A stretch of DNA of 33,447 bases, taken from Crocinitomicaceae bacterium (lineage in GTDB: Bacteria > Bacteroidota > Bacteroidia > Flavobacteriales_D > Crocinitomicaceae). The notes beneath the pieces were generated by a model. The model saw only the letters and a list, made by a program, of their open reading frames with translations. It searched no databases and was not told the origin of the DNA. Position 1 is the first letter of the stretch. Every line of letters starts with the position of its first letter. The stretch lies in assembly GCA_050289845.1 (NCBI GenBank), contig JBNKGN010000001.1:1-33447 (forward strand). Direction: 5' to 3'. Shown piece by piece: positions 1 through 7,547 of the stretch. Position numbers and translations under genes: made by a program.

Positions 1-204
1 GTGGAAGCACGTATTGCGCGAGTGCACGGCGAGGAGCAAGGTGGTGTTACCTACGCGATTGGGTATGTTGCGCCAAGCCAGGAAAAATACGACGAATATC
101 AGGAAAAACATGCGGCGAGTTTGCAACGTGAACACACCGTTCGTTACGATGGTCGTTTTGCGGCATTTCGAACACTACTCACAATTATAGAAGAGTTTAA
201 GTAA
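1..204 (+). CDS. C-terminal fragment of a DUF4286-like protein (5' end lies outside the window)
   Basis: The open frame runs from the window edge. The segment GGVTYAIGYV...RFAAFRTLL resembles the C-terminal half of the ~100-aa DUF4286 proteins I remember from Flavobacteria. The TAA stop overlaps the rsmA ATG (TAATG). Confidence 0.55.
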   Translation: MEARIARVHGEEQGGVTYAIGYVAPSQEKYDEYQEKHAASLQREHTVRYDGRFAAFRTLLTIIEEFK

Positions 205-983
205 TGCAGGTCAAACCTAAAAAACACCTCGGACAGCACTTTCTGATCGATAAAAATATTTGCAAAAAGATTGCCGATCAATATACGCGCAAGAACGATT
301 GCAACCGCGTTTTGGAAATCGGTCCGGGAACAGGTGCGTTAACAACCTTTCTCGTAGAACGCGAATTGGAAGTTTGGGCCATGGAAGTCGATCGTGATAG
401 CATCGCTTACCTCAAGCACAATCAGATTTTGCCCGAGGAAAGAATTCTCGAAGAAGATTTTCTGAAAACTGACTTACAGACTAAAATGGGCAACGAACCT
501 TATGGTGTGGTGGGGAATTTTCCGTACAACATTTCGTCGCAAATATTGTTCAAATGCATCGAGCATCGCAATCAAATTCCCGAAATAATGGGAATGTTTC
601 AAAAAGAAGTAGCACAACGTGTTGCGGAACCTCCAGGGAGCAAGCAATACGGGATTTTGAGCGTTTTACTTCAGGCGTATTACGATATTGAATACTGTTT
701 CACTGTTGATGAACACGTTTTTGATCCGCCGCCGAAAGTAAAGTCTGGGGTCATCAGATGTACACGAAATAGCCGTGAATCTTTAGGCTGCGACGAAAAA
801 TTGTTCAAACAAATCGTAAAGACGACCTTCAACCAACGTCGTAAAACAGTGCGCAATGGACTCAAGTCGATTTTGCAAGGAAAGCCCTTTGAACATCCCT
901 ATTTGACATTGCGACCAGAAGTGTTAAGTGTCGATCAATTTATCGAACTAACGCAAGCGGTAGAAGCAGCTATGGCAATCTAA
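204..983 (+). CDS. rsmA: 16S rRNA (adenine1518/1519-N6)-dimethyltransferase RsmA/KsgA
   Basis: 259 aa. Motifs: KKHLGQHFL start, SAM-binding VLEIGPGTGALT, and GNFPYNISSQILFK, which is typical of KsgA/Erm-type dimethyltransferases. Confidence 0.95.
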   Translation: MQVKPKKHLGQHFLIDKNICKKIADQYTRKNDCNRVLEIGPGTGALTTFLVERELEVWAMEVDRDSIAYLKHNQILPEERILEEDFLKTDLQTKMGNEPYGVVGNFPYNISSQILFKCIEHRNQIPEIMGMFQKEVAQRVAEPPGSKQYGILSVLLQAYYDIEYCFTVDEHVFDPPPKVKSGVIRCTRNSRESLGCDEKLFKQIVKTTFNQRRKTVRNGLKSILQGKPFEHPYLTLRPEVLSVDQFIELTQAVEAAMAI

Positions 984-1070
984 AATGAATTTAAACAGCG
1001 GTATTTCATGGAGAAATGCTAGCTATATTTAAAAAAATCAGTTTATTTGTAATCTACAATTAGAATAGAT

Positions 1071-1265
1071 ATGACACTTACGGATATTTTTTGGGGAATT
1101 GGTGATTTCATGCAGTGGACATTTACGCTATTGCAAGGTGATATGATTGGAGATATGTTCAACGTTGCTGTAATTTGTTTGGGCTTTGTTGGATTGTTCT
1201 TTTGGTTGAACTGGCAACGTAAGTTCAACGAGCAAGCTGCCAACAATCCGAATCAATTGAAGTAA
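1071..1265 (+). CDS. Small (64 aa) membrane protein, function unknown (possibly DUF6341-like)
   Basis: It is the only sensible ORF in the rsmA-ispD gap. It has one clear hydrophobic helix (FNVAVICLGFVGLFFWL) and is followed immediately by a strong hairpin terminator. Confidence 0.55.
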   Translation: MTLTDIFWGIGDFMQWTFTLLQGDMIGDMFNVAVICLGFVGLFFWLNWQRKFNEQAANNPNQLK

Positions 1266-1286
1266 GAAGATTTTACAGATATTTTG

Positions 1287-1316
1287 AAAGGCTAACGAAT
1301 TCGTTGGCCTTTTTTG
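1287..1316 (+). terminator. Rho-independent terminator after the 64-aa ORF
   Basis: AAAGGCTAACGAA/TTCGTTGGCCTTT forms a near-perfect long hairpin and is followed by a T-run (TTTTTTG). Confidence 0.6.
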
Positions 1317-1350
1317 TTGCCATTCTGGTGCAATTCGATACATTTATCCC

Positions 1351-2010
1351 ATGCAGATTTCAGTCATCATTACCGCAGGAGGCATTGGAAAACGAATGGG
1401 AGGTCCCATTCCCAAGCAGTTTGTCGTAATTGCTGGAGCACCACTACTTTTTCATACGATTTCCAAGTTTCATTCCTACGATGCTACCGCAGAAATTGTT
1501 GTGACTTTGCCCGAAAGCTGGGTGGAATATTGGAAGGAGCTGCTGATAACCTACGATTTTCAAATTCGCCATCAAATTGTATCGGGAGGCGAAGAACGAT
1601 TTCACTCGATTAAAAACGCACTGGAACACTGTAAGGGAACGCATATATTCGTGCATGACGGAGTGCGCCCTTTGGTTTCCGACGAAACATTGGATCGTTG
1701 TATCGAAGCTTTAAAAAAGAGCAAAGCAGTTGTTCCTGTCATTCCCGTCAAAGAATCGCTTCGTAAGATAGCAGGGGAAGGAACTGTAGCTGTTCCGAGA
1801 GCACTTTATCGTGTGGTGCAAACACCGCAATGCTTCGATCGAAACGTATTGCAATTGGCCTACCAACAGGAATTTCATGTCGGAATTACAGACGATGCGT
1901 CACTGGTTGAGGAAATGGGAGTAGACGTAGTTTGCGTAGAAGGCAACGAGGAGAATATCAAAATCACCACCAAAACCGATCTTATTTTAGCCGAAGCAGT
2001 GCTTAAATAA
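1351..2010 (+). CDS. ispD: 2-C-methyl-D-erythritol 4-phosphate cytidylyltransferase
   Basis: 219 aa. The N-terminal VIITAGGIGKRMG nucleotide-binding loop, VHDGVRP and VQTPQCF motifs are typical of IspD. Confidence 0.94.
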   Translation: MQISVIITAGGIGKRMGGPIPKQFVVIAGAPLLFHTISKFHSYDATAEIVVTLPESWVEYWKELLITYDFQIRHQIVSGGEERFHSIKNALEHCKGTHIFVHDGVRPLVSDETLDRCIEALKKSKAVVPVIPVKESLRKIAGEGTVAVPRALYRVVQTPQCFDRNVLQLAYQQEFHVGITDDASLVEEMGVDVVCVEGNEENIKITTKTDLILAEAVLK

Positions 2011-2070
2011 CCATAAATTTTCTTGCAGGAAGTCCAATAAGTGTATCTTTGAGCCCTATTCTAGGAAGGC

Positions 2071-3021
2071 ATGAAGGTTACTGATCATTTAAAACAGGCA
2101 AAAGACACCTTATTTTCGTTCGAAATTCTCCCTCCATTGAAAGGAAAGAGCATCCAATCAATTTTTGATGGGATTGATCCTTTGATGGAATTCGAACCAA
2201 AATTTATCAACGTTACGTACCACCGCGAGGAGTACATTTACAAAGAACGCGAAAACGGATTACTCGAAAAGATCGCCATTCGGAAACGACCGGGAACGGT
2301 GGGGATTTGTGCGGCAATCATGAATAAATATAACGTGGATGCTGTTCCCCATTTGATCTGTGGAGGTTTTAGCAAAGAGGAAACGGAAAACGCGCTAATC
2401 GATCTCCAGTTTTTGGGGATTGATAACGTCTTGGCACTGCGTGGAGATTCTATTAAAACAGAAAGCAATTTCCGTCCGCACAACGATGGTCATGAATATG
2501 CCGTGGATTTGATTCATCAAATGAGCGACATGAACAACGGGAATTATTTGATGGACGATATCAATCTCGAACCAACGGATTTTTGTATCGGAGCGGCAGG
2601 ATATCCTGAAAAACACTTCGAAGCAATGAATTTGCAGACGGATATGCAATACCTCAAACAAAAAGTGGATGCTGGAGCGGAGTACATTGTTACGCAAATG
2701 TTCTTTGATAATAAAAAGTATTTCGAATTCGTTGATGCCTGTAGAGCACAGGGAATTAATGTGCCAATTATTCCAGGATTGAAGCCGATTAAATCGATGC
2801 GCCACATTTCGTTCTTACCGAAGTTTTTCCATATTGATTATCCTGAAGAACTTTCGGCAGAATTATTGAAGTGTAAAACCAATGCCGATGCAGAACGCGT
2901 TGGAATTGAATGGGGAATTCACCAGTCGCGCGAATTAAAAGCGGCCAATGTTCCTTGCATTCATTATTATACGATGTCAAATTCCGATGCAGTAAAAACC
3001 ATCGCTAAAGAAATTTTTTAA
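2071..3021 (+). CDS. metF: Methylenetetrahydrofolate reductase [NAD(P)H]
   Basis: 316 aa. FSFEILPP near the N-terminus, the HLICGG motif, ALRGD and IVTQMFFD are typical MetF signatures. Confidence 0.92.
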   Translation: MKVTDHLKQAKDTLFSFEILPPLKGKSIQSIFDGIDPLMEFEPKFINVTYHREEYIYKERENGLLEKIAIRKRPGTVGICAAIMNKYNVDAVPHLICGGFSKEETENALIDLQFLGIDNVLALRGDSIKTESNFRPHNDGHEYAVDLIHQMSDMNNGNYLMDDINLEPTDFCIGAAGYPEKHFEAMNLQTDMQYLKQKVDAGAEYIVTQMFFDNKKYFEFVDACRAQGINVPIIPGLKPIKSMRHISFLPKFFHIDYPEELSAELLKCKTNADAERVGIEWGIHQSRELKAANVPCIHYYTMSNSDAVKTIAKEIF

Positions 3022-3022
3022 T

Positions 3023-3568
3023 ATGAAATTGATCACCGCACTCAGTCTTTTCTTGCTCGTTTTTGGAACGCACGCACAGAAATCAAAGGAGACACCCTTA
3101 GAATTGAAAAACGTAGTGATCATCGGGCAAATGGATGATCCTGCAGATCGTTATTCTGTGGAAATTAACATGACGGAACTCTTTGGAGCGTACAATGTAA
3201 AGTCGAAAGCATCCTTAAACCTAATGAAACAGGGGGCGGATTCACAAGCGTTGTCTTCCGATTCGGTGACGACAAAATTGGCTGCAGAAGGTTTTGATAC
3301 TTATGTGTTGATCTCTGTGCGCGGCTATGACAAGACGTTTAAAGTGTCTGAAGTGAAGGACAATTTTGAAACGGCTTTATCACGTGGTAATTTGTTCTCG
3401 ATTTATCAAGATGGCGTTGTTTCTGTTTCTTTCGAATTCAAATTCTTTCGAAATGGTGAATTGATTGCGGACGAGATCATTAAGTGTGGCAATGCAGGCG
3501 ATCGCGGAAAAGTATTGGCGAAACTTCGAAAAAAGGTAAAGAAGCGTTTGACTAAGAGCTGGTTGTAG
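3023..3568 (+). CDS. Secreted hypothetical protein (181 aa)
   Basis: It has a signal peptide (MKLITALSLFLLVFGTHAQ) and a lysine-rich C-terminus. Its ATG starts 1 nt after the metF stop. I recognise no family. Confidence 0.7.
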   Translation: MKLITALSLFLLVFGTHAQKSKETPLELKNVVIIGQMDDPADRYSVEINMTELFGAYNVKSKASLNLMKQGADSQALSSDSVTTKLAAEGFDTYVLISVRGYDKTFKVSEVKDNFETALSRGNLFSIYQDGVVSVSFEFKFFRNGELIADEIIKCGNAGDRGKVLAKLRKKVKKRLTKSWL

Positions 3569-3675
3569 TCGTTGTAACGGTCGGAAATAGTTCGCGTACG
3601 ATCGGAAATAGTAAGACGCACGTGTGGCGAATTCAAGATTCCTTTGTTTGAGAAAACCCTCAAATAATAAGTATC

Positions 3676-5529
3676 ATGAATTCTCTTTACAAAACAACGT
3701 TTTTTATTGCGTTACTCCTCGGTAGTCAAGGAGCCAATGCAGCCACTATCTACACCAACGCCACGACTGGTTCTGACATCACCGGAGATGGTACAATTGG
3801 CAATCCTTACGCGTCATTTCATCTGGCTTATACCAATGCTTCCGCGGGAGACACATTGGCATTAAGTGGAACATTCGATTGGACAAATGCGGACGAAACA
3901 GGGGATGTTGCTGTCACAGGTTATTCCTTAGTAAAAAACCTGACGATTATTGGAGAAGGATCCAATGTAACCTTCATTCAAGCAGCATCGGCACCAAATA
4001 CCGCTACGAGTTGTGTTTTCACGATCAATCACGATATTACGTTTAAGAATCTCGCTATTCGTTACGGGTACAACACAAATCAAGCAGAGAATGCCGGTGG
4101 AATTACCGTTCTCGACAATACCCGAAACAATCTGGTGAATTTTGATAATTGTATTATCTCAGAGAACCGAATCGATAATGGAATAACAACCAACTATAAT
4201 TTTGCTGGAGGAATCTATTTGCGAGGAAACACAAGCTACCATCCGAATGTGACATTAACCAATTGTACACTTAACGACAATTCTGCAAATGGTAAGGCGT
4301 ATGGCGCGGGGGCTTTGTATTCACTTCAGTCGAACATTATTACGATTAACGGATGTACGTTTTTTAATAATTCGGGAACGGATGGAAGTAATTTCGGCGT
4401 AGGTTACCACAATGTTGCTGGTGCCATTGGATTCTTTCGTTTTAATACTGTAAAGGTGACCAATAGTACCTTTACTGCAAATTCTGCGGAAACTTCGGGA
4501 GGCGCGTTGCTTTCGTGGTACAATTATACCTATCTGACCAACAATACCATCGCAGGGAATACAGTGACAAGCGCTTCTGGGAAAGGAGGTGGCGTGTATG
4601 TCGTTTTCATGCAACAAAGCCCTGGAAAATTATATCTTCAAAACAATATTATTGCCAATAACACGGTGAACGGCGTCGGAGAAGATTTAAATTTTAATAC
4701 GGATTCATGGGCTTCTTCTATTTATGATAATGGCGGAAATATTATCGAGCACTATACAGGTTCATCCATTGTTATGGATAGTTCAACGAATCTTTTTGGT
4801 GAACAATCGGGGTTGAATTTAAGTGGCACGCTTGAGCAGAATGGAGCGTCAAATGGCGTTAAGACTCTAGCGTTAACTGCGGGGAGTGTTGCGATTGATT
4901 TCGGGGTAAGCACTGCCAATGGTGTTGTGGCTGTGCCAACGTATGATCAGCGGGATTTTGTTCGTGCTTCGACTGTAGACGCAGGAGCGTATGAATTTGG
5001 TGGTTCTGGATTGCCGGTGACACTGGTATCTTTCGCTGCGAAGTTGAATCCGACGGAAGGTGTTGATTTGAATTGGGAAACGGTTTCGGAAAAAGATAAC
5101 GATCGTTTTGAAGTACATCGAAGTACAAATTTGGAGCAGTGGGAATTGATCGCAGAAGTGGATGGCGCTGGAAATAGCACGAGTTCTATTGTGTACACCA
5201 CTGAAGATCGAAATCCTGTGAATGGCATCAATTATTACCGCCTCAAACAAATCGATTATGATGGGAACTACGAAATTTTTGACATCATTTCCGTGAATGT
5301 TCAATCAGACGAAGCTTTATGGGTCTACCCGAATCCTGCCAAAAATTACATCACCTTGAGTGGCATGAAAGGAACAACTTTTAGTATCACTGATGCTATG
5401 GGAAGAAGTTGGATCGAACCTCAAGTCTACCATGAAGGAATGCTTATACCTGTTGGTGATCTCGATCCGGGAATGTACGTTCTTTCGATTGGTACGCAAC
5501 AGGTAAAATTCATGAAATCCTCCGAGTGA
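3676..5529 (+). CDS. Secreted right-handed parallel beta-helix repeat protein with T9SS C-terminal sorting domain
   Basis: The signal peptide ends ...GANAA. N/G/T-rich beta-helix repeats recur (NCTLNDNSA, GCTFFNNSG, VTNSTFTANSA, LTNNTIAGN, LQNNIIANN), followed by a D.GAYEF end cap. Next comes an LPVTLVSF...YYRLKQIDYDGN domain. The C-terminal ~70 aa (VYPNPAKNYITL...GMYVLSI) look like a T9SS type A CTD. Confidence 0.85.
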   Translation: MNSLYKTTFFIALLLGSQGANAATIYTNATTGSDITGDGTIGNPYASFHLAYTNASAGDTLALSGTFDWTNADETGDVAVTGYSLVKNLTIIGEGSNVTFIQAASAPNTATSCVFTINHDITFKNLAIRYGYNTNQAENAGGITVLDNTRNNLVNFDNCIISENRIDNGITTNYNFAGGIYLRGNTSYHPNVTLTNCTLNDNSANGKAYGAGALYSLQSNIITINGCTFFNNSGTDGSNFGVGYHNVAGAIGFFRFNTVKVTNSTFTANSAETSGGALLSWYNYTYLTNNTIAGNTVTSASGKGGGVYVVFMQQSPGKLYLQNNIIANNTVNGVGEDLNFNTDSWASSIYDNGGNIIEHYTGSSIVMDSSTNLFGEQSGLNLSGTLEQNGASNGVKTLALTAGSVAIDFGVSTANGVVAVPTYDQRDFVRASTVDAGAYEFGGSGLPVTLVSFAAKLNPTEGVDLNWETVSEKDNDRFEVHRSTNLEQWELIAEVDGAGNSTSSIVYTTEDRNPVNGINYYRLKQIDYDGNYEIFDIISVNVQSDEALWVYPNPAKNYITLSGMKGTTFSITDAMGRSWIEPQVYHEGMLIPVGDLDPGMYVLSIGTQQVKFMKSSE

Positions 5530-5544
5530 AAGACGGGTGAAAGC

Positions 5545-6537
5545 TCATTTTTTCCGAACTAAGCCCAGAATGCTTGTGATATTCAGGGGGAATTCTAAAA
5601 TAACGTGTAAAAAACTAAAGAATGCGGCAAGCAATAATCCCATGCGCAGATCGGTGTAAAAGACGAAGAGGAGCAATGCCCAAAGTCCAACGATGATGCT
5701 GCTTCTTTTCCACGTGAGTGTTTTGTGCCACTGAATCAACGAGGTTTTTGAAAACCAATTCAAGTAGTGATACATGTAAATAAAGGAGAAGAAAATCATC
5801 ATTTTTATGGCAACTGCTTCGTAGAAAAAGAAGTGTTTTCCGTCGTGAATTCCCAGTAATGAAGCCGTAAGCACTGGAGATTGATGAAAGTTCCCTGATA
5901 CGTACAGATCTTTCGTCCAATCGCTAAAAAGATAGGTGCTTTCGTCAATTGTGGCGCCAGCAAACAGCAGCGGCATGAATAGGGCAACTCCAACGGCGAC
6001 AAATCCAGGGGTACTTTTCGACTTTTTTGCGCCATAGGCCATGAAGATAAGCGTGAAAAGATATACGTGGATCACGGTTGGAATCATCATTCCTAACAGT
6101 TGGTTGTAGGCGGTATTGGAATTCAAAAAGTACGCAATGGCAATTGAAGGGAGTAACAATAGCAGCCAAAACACGCGCTTTTGTATTACAACAAATCCCA
6201 CGGCTGCCACCAAACACAAAAAGATGAACGCATTCGTCCACTGGTTAAAACTCAAAACAAAGGTGAAGACTTGCCCCGTTTTTGCACCTGACACGTAGAA
6301 ATAAAATTTGGGAAACATGATCAGACACGTTGCGGTGAATCCAATCCAAAACCAGATTCGATTTTTGGAAGTCGTGAAATATTGTTTTTGATCCAACCAA
6401 TTGATTTCTGTGAAATAATGGAGTGGTCCAAGGATCACAAAAGCAAAAATGAACAGACCAATAGGAAACACAAACGCGAGAATTGCCGAAAGGAGAATGA
6501 GTCCAATATTTAAATAATCGACGTGTTTTGGTGTCAT
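5545..6537 (-). CDS. Polytopic integral membrane protein, function unknown (330 aa)
   Basis: It has about 9-10 hydrophobic segments and recurrent His-containing motifs (GPLHYFTE, VIHVYLF, MYHYLNW, FLHVILEFPLN). It starts 10 nt downstream of the ribE stop on the same strand. Confidence 0.75.
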   Translation of the reverse strand: MTPKHVDYLNIGLILLSAILAFVFPIGLFIFAFVILGPLHYFTEINWLDQKQYFTTSKNRIWFWIGFTATCLIMFPKFYFYVSGAKTGQVFTFVLSFNQWTNAFIFLCLVAAVGFVVIQKRVFWLLLLLPSIAIAYFLNSNTAYNQLLGMMIPTVIHVYLFTLIFMAYGAKKSKSTPGFVAVGVALFMPLLFAGATIDESTYLFSDWTKDLYVSGNFHQSPVLTASLLGIHDGKHFFFYEAVAIKMMIFFSFIYMYHYLNWFSKTSLIQWHKTLTWKRSSIIVGLWALLLFVFYTDLRMGLLLAAFFSFLHVILEFPLNITSILGLVRKK

Positions 6538-6547
6538 CCCATAAGTG

Positions 6548-7126
6548 TTAACGTGCCATCATTTTCGCGACGTATTTCCCGATGATGTCAAATTCAAGGT
6601 TTACCTGATCTCCTAGCTTTAGCGTGTGGAAATTGGTGTGTTCGAAGGTATATGGGATGATGCAAACAGAAAATCCATTTTTCACAGAATCGACCACCGT
6701 TAAGCTCGTTCCGTTAATGGTAACCGATCCTTTTTCCACGGTAACATCGTCACTTGTATATTCAAAAGTGAATTTGTAACTCCCGTTTTGATCTTCGATG
6801 CCTACACAAGTCGCTGTCGTATCCACGTGCCCCTGAACGATATGCCCGTCCAAACGTCCATTCATGACCATGCAACGTTCGAGGTTTACTTTCGTACCAG
6901 AACGCCATTGACCGAGATTGGTTTTGTCCAACGTTTCTTTGATCGCTGTAACGACGTATTGATCGCCTTCAATTTTAACAACGGTCAAACAGCAGCCATT
7001 ATGTGCCACGCTTTGATCGATTTTCAATTCATGCGTAAATGCACTCGAAACCGTGAAATGTACGTTTTCACCTTCCTTCTCAATGGCTTCGACGAGCCCC
7101 AAACCTTCAATGATTCCTGTAAACAT
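6548..7126 (-). CDS. ribE: Riboflavin synthase (alpha chain)
   Basis: 192 aa. It has the MFTGIIEGLG start, and the internally duplicated lumazine-binding halves are visible (...SVAHNGCCLTV... and ...SVTINGTSLTV...). Confidence 0.93.
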   Translation of the reverse strand: MFTGIIEGLGLVEAIEKEGENVHFTVSSAFTHELKIDQSVAHNGCCLTVVKIEGDQYVVTAIKETLDKTNLGQWRSGTKVNLERCMVMNGRLDGHIVQGHVDTTATCVGIEDQNGSYKFTFEYTSDDVTVEKGSVTINGTSLTVVDSVKNGFSVCIIPYTFEHTNFHTLKLGDQVNLEFDIIGKYVAKMMAR

Positions 7127-7135
7127 GCGCTAAAA

Positions 7136-7543
7136 TTAAGGATTCTTTCGTGTAAAAATGTAGCCAATTGCAACGGCCAAAGTAAACAATACATCTACGA
7201 ACGGAAACCAGGTTGGATGGGGTACAGCGATAAAATTTAAAACATTACCGAGCAACAAAATACAACTGATTGCAATTAAGGTCATCGCGTTGTGACGATC
7301 AATCAAGCGCCCCACAATAAGTCCCGCAAGTAACCCCAGCCCGTGAGACACAATTATCGAAAGGTGCGCACTTAACGGTTGATTGAGCATAAACTCTTTG
7401 AAAGCAGCGGGGCTTTTCATTGACATCAATAATGCTTCATGATCGATGGGGAAAATTCTTCCAAGGAGCCCTTGAATAAGATAAATGGCGAAACCACCAG
7501 AAAGTATACCAGCCAGCACGGCCAAAATGGAACGTCCGTTCAT
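7136..7543 (-). CDS. Small membrane protein (135 aa), function unknown
   Basis: The ORF-track entry 7136..7714 overlaps the ydeP-like gene by 167 nt. The internal ATG at 7543 (MNGRSILAVLAGILSGG...) sits 4 nt after the ydeP-like stop and begins directly with a TM helix. About 4 TM segments. Confidence 0.7.
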   Translation of the reverse strand: MNGRSILAVLAGILSGGFAIYLIQGLLGRIFPIDHEALLMSMKSPAAFKEFMLNQPLSAHLSIIVSHGLGLLAGLIVGRLIDRHNAMTLIAISCILLLGNVLNFIAVPHPTWFPFVDVLFTLAVAIGYIFTRKNP

Positions 7544-7547
7544 GTTA

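Noticed and set aside
1314-1613. 99-aa + strand ORF overlapping the start of ispD in another frame.
   Set aside because: It is Arg/Cys/Ser-rich nonsense-like sequence, fully overlapped by the strongly supported ispD frame.
2011-2070. Possible SAM/THF riboswitch upstream of metF, and an FMN riboswitch upstream of ribE (7127-7135).
   Set aside because: The spacers are only 60 nt and 9 nt, too short for these aptamers, and I saw no conserved riboswitch core sequences.
2395-2807. Antisense ORFs of 136 and 87 aa within metF. Similar antisense ORFs occur within the 617-aa gene (4873-5304, 4947-5231), ribE (6788-7240), the photolyase gene (10227-10571), can (13089-13451), the CAP-domain gene (15064-15423) and the giant gene (several of 60-90 aa).
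   Set aside because: They are shadow ORFs opposite or out of frame with well-supported genes, with no independent evidence.
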